64,000 nt of DNA from Felis catus (Eukaryota). The DNA is taken from positions 27,964,001 through 28,028,000 of the forward strand of contig NC_058383.1 of the NCBI RefSeq assembly GCF_018350175.1, given 5' to 3'. This document shows positions 1 to 12,915 of this stretch, in pieces (the stretch's first letter is position 1; each line of letters begins with the position of its first letter). A model generated the notes under the pieces. It saw only the letters and a program-made list of their open reading frames with translations, was not told where the DNA came from and ran no database searches. The position numbers and the translations under genes were made by a program.

Positions 1-83
1 TAATAAATAAAAGTACTTAGCCCCCCCCCCATGCCTCTGTTTTCACATCCAGAGAATGGGTACAAGCCCGGGATGTAATGTAC

Positions 84-290
84 AGCACATTTTATCAACA
101 TTGACACTAATGGCATTTGGGGCCAGAAAATTCTGTTTGTTGGGGGGTTGTCCTGCGTGTTGTACGAGGTTTAGTTGTATCCGTGGGCTCTACCCATGAG
201 ATGCCAGCAGCAGCCACCTCCCCACCCCCAGTTATGTCAACCAAAAATGCTCCAGATATTTCCAAATGTTCCTGGGGCACAAAACCACTT
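84..290 (-). mobile_element. MER20-like hAT-Charlie MITE
   Basis: Reverse complement of the MER20 core (ctctacccatgagatgccagcag...aaccaaaaatgctccagatatttccaaatgttcctgggg). Confidence 0.8.
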
Positions 291-499
291 GTGTATACAG
301 CAATGTGCAAATATATCACAAGAGGTGGATAAGTGCATTCAAAAAACCTTCCACAGTGTATTCACATCAACAACAAAACCAAATTCCACACCTCATGCCA
401 GTTATAAACCCTTCATTCATGTCCAGGTCACAGCCAGAGAACCTGAGGCAGAATCTTTTAAAACATGGGTCACAAAGCAGTTTCCTGAGGTGAGGTCCA

Positions 500-640
500 G
501 CTGCCTGCCTCCATAGCTGCACAGAGCCCCATGCTGAGAAGGCCCCACTCTGCTGCTGGTGTCTTGAAATTCCTATTAATTTTTTTAACAAGGAGCCCCA
601 CATTGTCATTTTGCCCTGGTCAGAGTGTGTAGCCAGTCCT
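500..640. mobile_element. MER91-like hAT-Tip100 fragment
   Basis: cttgaaattcctattaattttttaacaaggagccccacattgtcattttgccctgg resembles MER91. Confidence 0.55.
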
Positions 641-679
641 GTCTGAGGTGTGTTTTAAGCTCAGGATCCCGAATGGAGC

Positions 680-793
680 TATTATCTCAAAGAAATATCT
701 GCACCCCCAGGTTTACTATGGCATTATTTACACAAACCAAGATACGGACACCATCTAAGTGTCCAATGACAGATGAATGGATAAAAAAATGTG

Positions 794-840
<47 letters not shown>

Positions 841-1171
841 AAAATATTATTCAGCCAACAAAAAAAAGGAAGAATCTTGCCTTTTGCAACAACATGGATA
901 AAATTAAGGGCATTATGCTAAGTGAAATAAGTCAGAGAAAGGCAAATAGTGTCTGACCTCATTTACATGTGGGAGCTAACAAAAGCTGAACTCACAGAAA
1001 CAAAGTGGCTACCAGGGGCTGGGAGATGGTGGAAATGGGGAGATGTTGGTCAAAGGGCACACACTTCCAGTTATGAGTAAGTTATGGGGATCTAATGCAC
1101 AGGATGATGATTTAGTTAATGATACTATATTGTATATTTGCAAGCTGCTATGAGAGTAGCTCTTAAATGTT

Positions 1172-1208
<37 letters not shown>

Positions 1209-1380
1209 GTAACTGTGTAAGATGTTAGATGTGCTAACTAACCTAATTGTGATAATCATTTCTAAAGATACAAAATCATACAAAATCATACAAAATCATC
1301 ACATTGTACACCTTAAACTTACATGATGTTATTTGTCAATTATATCTCGATAATGCTGGGGATAATAAAAAATAAAATAA
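680..1380 (+). mobile_element. L1 (L1MA-type) 3' end
   Basis: Typical L1 3'UTR motifs (ctaagtgtccaatgacagatgaatggataaa; gcattatgctaagtgaaataagtcag; ttgtacaccttaaacttac) ending in an A-rich tail; contains two (CA)n tracts and a 3x atacaaaatc repeat at 1268-1299. Confidence 0.9.
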
Positions 1381-1649
1381 ACTCAGGTTCCTGGATCCCA
1401 CTGTTTACAATAGTTCCACCTGATATAAAATCCTACAAGAGAAACCTCTTTGACTGTCTGACTTAAAGTGACAGAGAAATTTCCTTCTAAAACCTAAGAA
1501 TTCCAAGTAAAAGTAATCTGTCATTTTAAATGCAGAATAAGTATAGCAGACACACAGGATGGGTCAGAAGACAAAACGCTGACACCAGACTGGGAGGGTT
1601 AAGGGACTTCATGGAAATGAATACAAGAATATTTAAAATATTTAAATTT

Positions 1650-1908
1650 GGGGACACCTGGGTGGCTCAGTCAGTTGGGCACTGACTCCTGATTTCGGCT
1701 CAGGTCATGAACCCAGGGTCATGGGATCGAGCCCCGTTCAGGCTCTGTGCTGAGTGTAGAGCCTGCTTGGGATTCCCTCCCTTCCTCTTTCTCTCTCTCT
1801 CTCAATCTCTCGCTCTCTCTCTCTCTCACCTTCTCTCCCCCGCCCTCTACCCTCCCTTCCCTGCTCTCTCTCTCTCTCAAAATAAAGAAATAAACTTTAA
1901 AAATAAAT
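1650..1908 (+). mobile_element. Can-SINE (SINEC)
   Basis: ggggacacctgggtggctcagtcagttg head, (CT)n region, A tail, TSD aaatatttaaattt on both sides. Confidence 0.95.
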
Positions 1909-2717
1909 AAATATTTAAATTTTCTAACCTTTTCTGTTTTTACTTCTAAATGAGCTAAGAAAAAAAAAATCACATCATTTGAGAGGAATGAAGAAGAACA
2001 ATTTTTATAAAACCAAAATGAGATTCCTGAACTCTCTACTTGCATATAGGGGATAAAACTGACCAAGCATTTTCCTTGTGGACAGGGAACAACCGGGTCC
2101 CCAGACTGAGTCCTCTGCTGGTGAGAATTTCCAAGCACAATTCACACCTGCAGGATTTGCTGAACCTGATTCCAGTTTAGTATTAATCACTTCTCACTTC
2201 ATTCCAACTACCTCCCCACCTGCCCACCAAAACATTTAGAGCAAAGACCTTTTATATGACAGGAACTCTCTAGACTGCATTTAGATGCCACATTTAGTCA
2301 GCCATCATGAAGACAAGACAGCACTTTCAAGGAGCTGACCCAATGTAGTAATATCCTGCTCCACCGGTCTAACATTACACCGGGTGAGACGTACAGTCTC
2401 TACTTCAGAAAGAAAAACTGAAGGACAGCATGCCAAAGACGTATTCCAATCACTTGACTGAGTGAGTCCTGAAACCCATGTGGCAAAGGAAGAGATAAAA
2501 CTTGGAGGATAAGGCAGAATCACAGAATATACAAAAATGTTTCCAAAAGGGGCCTCACCCAATACTGCAAATAAGATGCGTGCTTTTGTCTATGGGAAAA
2601 ACATTAAAAATAGCTTTGTTTCTTGGCATCCTTCTTCCCCCCCCCCCCCCACCACTTGATCAAAACTGAATCCTTTGCTCTGCTGAGACTCTGGGTGTGT
2701 TTAGAAAAGGAAATTTA

Positions 2718-2936
2718 GGGGCGCCTGGGTGGGTCAGTCGGTTAAGCGCCAGACTTCAGCTCAGGTCATGATCTCACAGTTTGTGGGTTCGAGCCCCACA
2801 TCAGGCTCTGTGCTGACAGCTCAGAGCCTGGAGCCTGCTTCAGATTCTGTGTCTCCCTCTCTCTCTTGCCCCTCCCCTGCTTGTGCTCTATCTCTCTCTC
2901 TCTCTCAAAAAATAAATAAACATTGAAAAAAAAAGG
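2718..2936 (+). mobile_element. Can-SINE (SINEC_Fc)
   Basis: ggggcgcctgggtgggtcagtcggttaagc head, gctgacagctcagagcctggagcctgcttc body, TSD aaaggaaattta. Confidence 0.95.
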
Positions 2937-3166
2937 AAAGGAAATTTAGAAGTGGAAACTGGAAAGAGACACCCTGTGTAATAAGAGAGGAAAGGTTCTG
3001 GGGTACCCAAAGAAAAGGAGGGAGGGGTAGAGCTGGGGAGAGAAAAGAAGGATCTAGAAGCCTACATGTGCCAGTCTTCGATGGAGTCCCATGAATGCAC
3101 ACACCCTGTGAGCAGGTTTCCTGTAGGCACTGGGGCTCACGTGAGACATGAGACAGACAACACGGG

Positions 3167-3472
3167 TGTAGCAGCATTCTCACGCAGAGAATCGCAACAC
3201 CGAGGCTTTTTATTCTAGGAAGCAACTTTATTCCTGCCAGCACAGCTCAGTTGGGTTCGTACCCACAGAACTGAGCCCTGAACACCACGTGGCATAGTTT
3301 TTTATATATTTTCTACGTCTTTGTCTCCCATATATGGTAATACACACAAACATGCAGTCTGATTAAGTGGTCTCATATTACAAGGTCACGAGGGATGTTG
3401 TCACATATGTGTATAGCCAGGTTACCTTGAGGGTTTTTTTTGTTTTTTTCTCTTTAGGGAGAGGACCCTACA
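3167..3472 (-). mobile_element. Solo endogenous-retrovirus LTR (~306 bp)
   Basis: Termini tgtag...ctaca (TG..CA, 5-bp inverted repeat); minus-strand TATATAAA at 3301-3308 upstream of AATAAA at 3227-3232 and 3209-3214. Confidence 0.7.
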
Positions 3473-3749
3473 GCATGGGGAGGATCAGGGTAAGAAGCAA
3501 ATGGGGCCCTCAGAAGAGCCTCCTCCCTGAATTAGCAGGAATTAGTGAAAGTAAACTTCACCTAAGTTTTTGAGGATCAAACAAATCACGACTGACATCC
3601 GGATGACTCTCCTTTGTTATAAAATGTTTGGCAGTTGCCAACCTTGCACTGGAAACATGTGGCGCCGGAGGTCAGGAACATTTCTCAGGCATCTCTGGGT
3701 CCTGTGCATTGGCATGGCAGCCCTATCAGTGCACAGCCCATCCTGGACC

Positions 3750-4380
3750 TTACCATTAGTGTCCACGCTTGCCCAGGTGTCAACAGCTAATATCTGCACC
3801 TCTTTGCTTGAAGCAGAACCCACTGATGGTGGCCAGGGCCCACTACACCTGTGCATATGGCACGTTAGAAGCACTGGGGAACTGGTACACCCCTGGGGGA
3901 GGGGTTCACCCAGTGACTGGAGGGGTGTAAAAATACTTCAGTTCCTTTGCTCCTCAGGTGAGATACCTCTGGAATGCATGTTCTAGACTGGAGTCAGCCA
4001 ATTTTTTGTGCACTAGGCCAGAGAGTAAATATTTTAGGCTTTCTGGCTGCTCAGAACTACTCAACTCTGCTGCTGTAGTGCAAAAGCAGCCATAAACAAT
4101 ACAGACATGAACTGGAGTCAATGTATCCAGAGAAAGTTTACAAAAACAGATGGCAAGCCAGATTTGCCACGGGCTATGGTTTGTAAACCCCTGTTCTATG
4201 CCATTTTCCAGAGTTAACCAGAGAGATTAAACCCTTTGATGCCCACAGTGGTAAGAACCTTGTTAATATACTAGTTTTCAGTTCCCTTCCCTCCCAGCCT
4301 GTCCTCTCACCCCATCGTCCGTAGCTTCACAGATTATTTCCACTCGAATCCTTGCCTCAGAGTCTGCTTTCAACTGAGGC
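3750..4380 (+). mobile_element. Old ERVL LTR (LTR33-like), interrupted by MER58A
   Basis: 3' part cactcgaatccttgcctcagagtctgctt...aactgaggca resembles the LTR33/LTR16-group end. Confidence 0.5.
3988..4193 (-). mobile_element. MER58A hAT-Charlie MITE
   Basis: ggccagagagtaaatattttaggcttt...actactcaactctgc...gtttgtaaacccctg matches the MER58A reverse complement. Confidence 0.85.
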
Positions 4381-4438
4381 AGTTGCTTAAGGTACTTTTG
4401 GCTGCAAGTAACAGACTGGTGAATTAAAAGCGATTTAT

Positions 4439-4625
4439 GGGCGCCTGGGTGGCTCAGTAAGTTAAGCGTCCGACTTCAGTTCAGGTCATGATCTCATGAC
4501 TCATGGGTTTGAGCCCGAATCAGGCTCTGTGCTGACATCAGCTTGGAGCCTGGGGCCTGCTTTGGATTATGTCTCCCTTTCTCCCTCCCCCTCCCTTCCT
4601 CTCAAAAATAAACATTAAAAAAAAA
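4439..4625 (+). mobile_element. Can-SINE (SINEC_Fc)
   Basis: gggcgcctgggtggctcagtaagttaagcgtccgacttcag head, A tail, degenerate TSD ttaaa(a)gYgattta. Confidence 0.95.
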
Positions 4626-5319
4626 TTAAAGTGATTTACATGACACAGTTTTGTTATACCTTCCACAAAAGCTCAGGTGGTCCAGGTAAGTTAAGTCAGT
4701 AATGTCACGGCACCGGGGTTATGATCCTTACAGCTCGTTGCCAAGAACACAGAACATGTCAATGCCAAAAACAAACAGGATGAGCATGCCTGGATGAGGC
4801 CACTTGAGGCCCAAGCCCTGGAGCACGGGGAAGGAAGGAGCCCACCTTCTCTGGGCATACAAACAACTGGCACATGAACAAAATGAGGGAACTGTCAACA
4901 AAGAAGAATGAGAAAAGACTGTTGAGGGTAGACAACCAGCATGCACTCAACAGCAGGTGTTCAGTAAATGCTGTTTCAATACACAAATGTATAGGTCAGT
5001 GGATGTGAACAATGGATAGCAACTTTCCAAAAGAAAGGTAAAGTAGAAAAGGTCACCCTGGACATAAGAGCAGTGAAGAACAAGCCCAGACTGACTTGGA
5101 TATTCAGGAAAGATCTTAGAGGCTCTAGATAGCTCGATTATGGAACTCTGAGCCATCAGTGCAAACTAAATGGGGATGTGAAGGTGACTTTATTAAAATC
5201 AAACACAAACATGTTCTCCCCTGGTTGATAATGGGTACCGCATTTCACAGTTCATAAAGTTCATGTCCACCCATTAATCTTACCACTTGATCAAAGAAAA
5301 AAAAAAACAAAAAAGAAAA

Positions 5320-6430
5320 AAAAAACAGGTAATAGGTCAGGTACTACAAAGTACAAAATACTTCTGAAAGAGATTAAAGACTGAAAAAAATGGCTACAAG
5401 GAACAGAGAGTTCATTAACTAGAAAACTCAATATTGTTAAGGCGGACATTCTCCCCAGTTATCTATAGAATCAATGCCATCCCACTCAAAATACCAGCTG
5501 CTTTTTGGAGAAATTGACGAAATGAGTCTCAAATTAATATGAAAAGGCTGAGAACCAAAAATAGGCAAGGCCATCTTGTAGGAAAACAAAGCTAAAGACT
5601 TATGCTGCCAAGTATCAACACTCAGTGTAAAGCTTTAATAAACTTACAGTAAAATGGCACAAGGGTAGACAGTCTAACAGAAGAGGAAGTCCAGAAAATG
5701 TGTGACAAAGACATCACTGTGATTCAGAGAGTAAAGATGATCTTTTCAGCAGGTGTTGCTGGGTCAAGTGGATATCAGTATCAAATGCTGACAACGAAGC
5801 AGGGCAACCGGAACTCGCATACGTCTGTGGCAGAACTATAGCTTGGTATAACCACTGTGGAAAACTGTTGGGCTATACCTACCCAAAGCTGCATATATGT
5901 ACACCCTGTAACCCATCACTTTCACATCTGAGTACATACGTAACAGAAATTAGTGCATATATCTACCAGAAGGCTTAATACAAGAATGTTTATAGTGGCT
6001 TTATTGGTAATTGCCACAGACTGAAAACAGCCCCATGTCCATTACCTGTGGTTTGTTTACACAGTGGAACGATACACTGTGAAAAAACAAAGCAGGGCTA
6101 TGGGCAAGAAATGAATGAACTTACCTCAGAAATATGTTGAACAAAGGAAGCCAGAGGCACACACGAAAATGCATAGAGTATGACTCCATTTATACGCACT
6201 TCAAGAACAGACAAATCCACTAAGTGAAAGCAATCAGAATAGTAGTTATCTCTGAGAGATAGTGATTGGAAAGGGGCTCAAGTGAGCTTCCGGGGCTCAC
6301 TTAAAGTGTTCTAGATCGACATGGCAGTTACAGGTCCACATCTATGCAAACATTTATCAAGCTCAACACTTAGGGTTTGTTCACTTCACTATACATGTGT
6401 CCTACTTCATTACACATGATAAAAAGTCAA
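5320..6430 (+). mobile_element. Old L1 (L1MC/ME-type) ORF2 3' part and 3'UTR, decayed
   Basis: agaaaactcaatattgttaag...tctatagaatcaatgccatcccactcaaaataccagc (ORF2 RT region), then tataaccactgtggaaaactgtt and agtatgactccatttata (3'UTR). Confidence 0.8.
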
Positions 6431-7065
6431 GGAATATGGTTAAGGCGTGTTCAGTGAAGGATTTCCCGAAGATCTGGTACCTAGTGTCCTGAGGATTTAA
6501 CTCAGTGCAGAGATAAAGCCTCCAATACTAGGAAAATAGACAAGGAGGATGTCCTAAGTCTTGACCCCTCGGGTTATCGTCGCTGGGCTCTCTTGGACAG
6601 GGAAGAGCACCTTGACCGTTAACTGGGAAGTATAAGACACACAGGAAGTGAAATAATCAGGCTTGCCCACCACAAAAAGTAGCCAGAAAGAGACAGAGAT
6701 CGTGGCTAAAAGAGGAATCAGAAGAACTATATCGTTCACCAAATCCCAGAGTAAATCATGATAATAACAGACAGCTTTTTAAAAGTGCTTGCTATATGCC
6801 AAGCATTTACAAGTTTCAATCTGCTCACTGAAGCTTCACAACAACCTAAAACACACCTAGTGAATGGCACAGTTGAGATGCCAACAGAAGAGTATGGCCC
6901 CAGAACTCAGCCACCATGCCATACTTCCTAAGGACGAAGAGGAATTGTGTCTTGAAGAAGCATTTCCTGCCATCTTCTCTCCCCACTGGACTGGGTCTCA
7001 GGTCACACCTATGCATTTCTCTCTTTCTTAACACTCTTCACACTCCCTCATCATTGTATGGTTTT

Positions 7066-7530
7066 GTATTCGTTTCTTGAGGCTGCTGTTACGAAACCAT
7101 GGCAAACTCAGTGGTTTAAAACAACAGAAATGTGTTCTCTCCCAATTCCAAAGGCCAGAAGACTGAAAGAGGTTTCAATGAGCTGACATCAAAGTGGCAG
7201 TGGGGCTATGCCCCCAGAAGCTCCAGGAGGAACTCGTTCTTGCCTCTTCCAGCTTCTGGTGGGTGTGGCATTCCTTTGCTTGTGGCTGTATCATGCCAAT
7301 CTGTCTTCATATTGCCTTGTCCACTTCCGTGTGTGCAATCTCCCTCTGCCTTTTTCTCATGAGGACAATTATAAACAGATTAATGCCCCACTCAGATAAT
7401 CTGGACTAATCTCCCGATTCAATATCCTTAACTTCATCACACCTATGGACTCTTTTTCCTCATATGGTGATATTTACAGGTTCCAGGGATTATAACCTGA
7501 TATCTCTGGGTGGCTACTGTTCAGCCTGCT
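7066..7530 (-). mobile_element. MLT1 (MaLR) LTR
   Basis: tgtattcgtttcttgaggctgctgttac...ggtttaaaacaacagaaat...tccttaacttcatcacacct. Confidence 0.85.
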
Positions 7531-7625
7531 ATCTCTAAATAATCCTATCACTATTACCACTATCTCTATATTACCATCACTATCTCTGTATTAACTTTAT
7601 GCACTCCTCAACAGCTGAGGCCATC

Positions 7626-8110
7626 TGTAGCCATTTTCAGATAGCCACATATTTTGACACTCCTCCTATTAAAAGAGGGATCTACATCCTTTCCCTTGAC
7701 TCATGAACCTTGTGATTGCTTTGACCGATAGAATAGAGTGAAAATCACACTGTTCTAGTTTCTAATCCAGGTTTTAAAAGACGGTCAGCTGCTACTTCCT
7801 ATCCCTAGGTACACTCACTCTTGGAACCCAGCCACTATGCTATGAGAAATCCAAAGTGCATGATGAGGCCACATGAAAGTGCCCCAGGCAACAGTACCAT
7901 CTGAACTCCCAGCCAACAGCCAATATCAACTGCCAGCCATGTGTTTGAGTCATCCTGAATGGCCAGCCCAGTCAAGACCTCAGATGTCTCCACCCCAGAG
8001 AACCACTGACTTTTCAGTCAACAGAGTCACAAGTAATAATGCCAAATATTTGTCTCCAGCTATTATGTGAGCAGGATGGGTTTTTTTATGCAGCAACAGA
8101 TGATCTGATC
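7626..8110 (+). mobile_element. MLT1 (G/H-like) LTR
   Basis: ttttgacactcctcctatt...ctcttggaacccagccactatgctatgag...ttatgcagcaacaga. Confidence 0.75.
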
Positions 8111-8374
8111 ACTATCTTATTCATAGTTCCTCCATACCTAGAGCTATACCTAGAGGTCTTGATGCCCAAGGAATGTGGAATAAATTAAAAACTACCAAAC
8201 TCTAGCAGGTATGGCCAAGAAGTCGGGCTGGAGATCAAGAACTATTGACATTAGATTCCAAAGAAATGACAAGGTGATGGGGTACAAGAGGATGACTGTG
8301 AAGAAACACTTTTCTTGGGTACCAATATTATACATAGATTATAATTATGCAATTCCTCATCAAAATCCCCCAAG

Positions 8375-8760
8375 GGAGCAACAGAGAGATTGATTATGAA
8401 GAACTGGATCACACGATTATGGAGGCTAAGAAGTCCCACAGTCCACTGTCTGCAAGATGGAGACCCAGGAAATCCAGTGGTGTCAGTGAGTCTGAGTCCG
8501 AAGGCCTGAGGACCAGGGAAGCTGGTAGTGTTAACCCCAGTCCAAGGACAGAATATGATGTCCCAGCTCAAGCAGTGGAGCAGGAAAAAGGGGGCAATTC
8601 CTTTCCTCCACCTTTTGTGGTATTCAGGCCCGCCCCCACTGGGGAGGGCGATTACTTTACTGAGCCCACTGATTCCAATGCTAATCCCATCTGGAAACAC
8701 CCTGAGAGACACACGAAAAGAACATTTAATCTGGGCACCCCGTGGCCCTAACTGTCACAA
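8375..8760 (-). mobile_element. MLT2 (ERVL) LTR
   Basis: gattatggaggctaagaagtcccac...tgcaagatggagacccaggaa...gattccaatgctaatcccatctggaaacaccc. Confidence 0.85.
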
Positions 8761-9329
8761 GCCTTGCTGGGGGCGGAGGTGGGCAGGGACAGTGTCTACC
8801 AGGACCAAGCTCAACAGAGTCTCGATGTTTACTGATTAAGAGGTACACAGACTCTGCATATCATTCGTTTGCTTTCCTTTTAACCCTTCTGTTAATTTAA
8901 GAAACCATGTACTGAGTACTTACTGACAGCCAGGCATTGGTTGAGGTGAAGGATATTCAGCAGTCAGCAAGTTCCTTCCTTCATGGAGCTTTCGACCATA
9001 GAGTATTTAGGGAGACCTCAAAACCACAGGGAGGGGGCTCAAGGCCCCGTTCCTGACCTTAATTACCTTCCTCTACTGCCGTGCTCACCAAAAATCATTT
9101 TCTAAAAACATTAGACCATTCAATACTACTGAGTGTCTCCTCCAAAATGGATACGGTGCAAGCAGTAAATTAGAGAAGATTAACTTGGCAAAGACCTTCC
9201 CTTCATTTTGTGGCAGCTGTTACAATTTCCTGTTGTGGGAGATGGATGGGCAGGTCCCTTCTGTCCAAAAGACCGAGCACACCGTGGGGCACAAGAACAG
9301 GAAGCTATGGGTGCTAATGAGGCCAGCCT

Positions 9330-9873
9330 GTATTTGCGGACACAGGCAGCCCAAAGACCAGCTTCTCAAGACCACTGTGATGTGCCTTCACCAAATGCTT
9401 TTTTCTGCTGTAATAATGCACCAGCAGCCGGCAGCTGCAGTTTCCCTGCTCAGACCTTCTTTTCAGGGGAACTGACTCTTGGAAGCAAAGCTAACCAACA
9501 GTCTCCAGCTGCTGCACCTCTGGACCCACCATAATGTTCGCGCAGGGCCACACTTTCCAGGGCTTTTCCCAGCCAGTGAGTGAGCACAGCAGGAGGGCTA
9601 GAAACAGGCTATTCTATTCTGATTTGTCCAACAGGTAGCTTTGTCTCAGGAAATGCCTACTGGACTGGCTGAAACTTTCTCAGAAGGATGCTGAACCCGC
9701 CCCCCTTCCTTCCCCCTCTCCTTTCAAAGTATCAGACCTGCATCACAGCCTGAAGGCTCTCCTTGCCCTACCTCCGCTCCCTCTCCACTGTCCTCCCTAG
9801 GTACTTTTCCAGTATATTTCTTGCACGGTTAATTCCTGTGGTGCCTTCTTCTCAGAGGACCTGAACTGACACA
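9330..9873 (+). mobile_element. LTR16-like ERVL LTR
   Basis: gtatcagacctgcatcacagcctgaaggctctcc...cttctcagaggacctgaactgacaca terminus. Confidence 0.75.
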
Positions 9874-10367
9874 CTATCTAGAGACAACTCTTTATTTTGT
9901 GTGCATTTTCTTCTTTTTTTATTTCATGCATTTAATTTGCATGGTTGTCGTTTCTCTTTCTTTCCCCATTGTATATTACAAGATGAGTGCTGTCTTACGT
10001 TGTTATGCTTCATGTATATTATTTATAATCCATAATAGTCCCTTACATAGCAGAATCATAAAGATCTGTATTAGCTATTAGCTAATTCCCCTTTGGTGTT
10101 AGCTATTCCTCTTTGGTTGGACATTCAGGGTCTTTCCAATTTTTTCCTAATTAAATGTTGCTGCAGTAAATGCCATGTGGAGTCTTGGTAAGAACCAGGG
10201 GTTGTGGTTCTGATTCTGCCATATCTGAGCTGCACAACCCTGAGCAAAGCACTTTGTTTCTGTGGGCTTCTGTCTCTCCACCATCCCCCCCACATACATC
10301 AGACGGAGATAATACTAGAGGAGGATCCTTTGTGAATATCAAATTCATGTCATCATTTTCAAAAGAC

Positions 10368-10539
10368 TTTGGTTACCAGGTGCAGGGAGGGTAGGGGAAA
10401 TGGGGAGATGGTGGTCAAAGAGTCCAAAGCTGTAGTTCTGTAGTTCTGGAGACCTCATGTACAGCATGATGACTACCATGAATAATAATGCACTCAACAC
10501 TGGAAACCTGGTAACAGAACGGATTTCAGGTACACTCAC

Positions 10540-10584
<45 letters not shown>

Positions 10585-10700
10585 GTCACCATGTGAGGAG
10601 ACTAAATGTTAATAAGCTTGACTGTAATCATTATTCCACTATGTACTTGGATATCAAATCATGTTGCACACCTTAAACATATACAATTCTTACTAAAAAT
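10368..10700 (+). mobile_element. L1MA-type 3' end fragment with (CA)n
   Basis: ggggaaatggggagatggtggtcaaag...agttctggagacctcatgtacagcatg...atcatgttgcacaccttaaac. Confidence 0.85.
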
Positions 10701-10719
10701 ACACATATATAAATAACTG

Positions 10720-10850
10720 AAAAAAGGGACTCCAGACAGCCCTCTCGCCCTTCCCACCACATGAGGACACAACAAGATGTGAGTTTCTGTTGTTTACAAG
10801 CCACCTGGTCTGTGGCAATGTAGGAAAGCGGCCCAAACAGACAGAGACAG
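10720..10850 (+). mobile_element. MLT1 LTR 3' fragment
   Basis: catgaggacacaacaag...tttctgttgtttacaagccacctggtctgtgg. Confidence 0.65.
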
Positions 10851-12269
10851 TGTGAATCCAAGCAGGAAAATCAATGGGACATACTTTGCAATCAACCTAC
10901 CTCAGTGGGGCTCATGCATTACCTACTCCCAGAAACGGTCAGGAAGCCGACCCGAGAAGGGAGAGATGTAGTCAGGAGGCAGGACCGTGGTGCTCAGGTG
11001 TGGAAGCTTCTGCTGAGAAACCTGCCCTTCACAAGCATCTCATACGGTGAGATACAGATGCGACACCAAGGTGGCCCTCAAGAACTCCCGTCAGGGCCTT
11101 CCGGAGCCCAGGACCTGATCCCTAAGCTGGCCCCAGACAACCCTCAAAGCGGCAGCTGTCACAGGCCCCCGCCCACCTGAGGACATAACCATGTGCAGGA
11201 GGCTGCACCCCAGGCTCAGGGAGCTCCCTGCACTCTGCCTACCGCTTCATCACCAGTGACGATGGCATCGTCCATGACTGCTTCCTCACGTGTCCTTCAG
11301 ATCCTTTCCTTTAGCAGTTATTTGGGAAGAGCTGAAGCATTTTGCTTTAAAAAATAAAAAGCAACAGAACTGGTGTTTTTGGAAAACCAGCTTGAAACAC
11401 AGTAAACAACTATGCCAAAAGCAAAGGAAAAAATGCTGAAAATGTTTGTGCCTGTTCAACTGCTCTGACCAGGACTCTCCAGGGGATGCTCCAAGGGGCA
11501 AAAACACGCTGGGATCTGGCCTCAGGACACTGCAGCACGCTCAGCTCATCTTGCCTGGAAGCAATTTCATCACACCACTTCCCTTCCACCTGCCCTTCCC
11601 TAACCACCCAGTGACCCCGCTCCCAGTTAGCAACAAAAACACAGTCTTCAGAAGCGGAATGACTCTTTCAATAAAAATAACACATCCCTAGCATTCACCC
11701 GCCCTCTTCATCCTCACACCTCCTCCCACCAAAAAAAAAAAAAAAAAAAAAAATCTCATTTATCTTGTTGGTTTTCTCATCTTTTCCATACACCACACAA
11801 CTGGGTAAATAAGTTCTGTGTTCAATCTTTTAACAGGGGTTATTCAATTTACTCAAGCCAATGTGAATATTTCCCCCTGGTTTCCATGACAACCTCTCAG
11901 CACATTCAGTCTTCATATAAATGAGTTATTGCTTTTATGTTCTCATACCCTAAGACAATGAGGAAATTAACATAATGTGGTCATACAAAGAAAAAACCAT
12001 CAAAACAATCACAATCCTCATATCCTCCCCGAAATTCATAGATAGCATTCTGTGAAAAAGAACCAAAGAGAAATGAGGGCTTTGCATCTGACAACACTGT
12101 TAACATTAGAGATTTCATTTCAGATGCATTTAAATGAAGCCAGACCATAGTAGGGTTCAAAAAAGTGTACAGACAGAGAACCAAAATGAAGGAGAAAAGA
12201 CATGTAAAGCAGGGACCCAAATTTACCTTTAAACCATACGATTTCCCAACATGGCTGCCACACTCAGCC

Positions 12270-12500
12270 TCACTGTATGCATTCTGGCCATGCCTGCCCC
12301 AGGACCTTCACACATGCCGTTCCCTAGGCCTGGAACATTTTCCCTATGTTATTCTCCCATGCTTGTTTTGCTTATTAGCTAATTCCTACTCATCCTTCAA
12401 ATCTCACCTTAGAAAAGTCACTGGCTCAGGGAGGTCAAGCTTCACCATTTGACAACATTAGGTTGGATCCCCTGTGTTACATATACCTTCATCGTTCCTC
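12270..12500 (+). mobile_element. L2 fragment
   Basis: cctgccccaggaccttcacacatgccgttccctaggcctggaac...gctaattcctactcatccttcaaatctca. Confidence 0.7.
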
Positions 12501-12510
12501 ATATTCTTCA

Positions 12511-12915
12511 TTGTTTTAGGTAGGTTTCACCAGAAGCAGATCCTAAGAGAAGGATTTGAAAGCAAGGGGTTTACCTAGGAAGTAATCCCAAGAAACACGG
12601 GCATGACAGTGGAGAAGTGAGACAGGGAAGGGAAAGAAGCCAATCCAGGATGTGTTGGATTAATATGGACAAGTGGAGCTCGGTCCCCCTGGGGGCTTCT
12701 GGGAGCCAGCACAGAGCAGACCTCATCTTAGAGGTGAGGAAGACAACTACCCCCTCTGGTTGGGGGATACTCTCTTGCACATGTATTTCTCTGCACTTCC
12801 AGCCTGTCCCACAAAGGCCTCGCTGGAGAAAGCCCCAGGCGCCGCTGCAGGTGCCTGGGGAACGAAGAGTGAATACCAAGAACACGTGCGCCAGGAACCA
12901 GCAGTGCCTACCACA
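12511..12915 (-). mobile_element. ERVL LTR (LTR33-like)
   Basis: ggtttcaccagaagcagatcctaagagaaggatttg...gggaagtaatcccaag. Confidence 0.65.

Noticed and set aside
2718..2800. tRNA-like A/B-box sequences in SINE heads (all 14 copies)
   Set aside because: Can-SINE heads are tRNA-derived and continue into CT-rich bodies and A tails; they are not tRNA genes
3628..3641. ttggcagttgccaa palindrome as an NFI site
   Set aside because: Spacer is 4 nt, not the canonical TTGGC-N5-GCCAA
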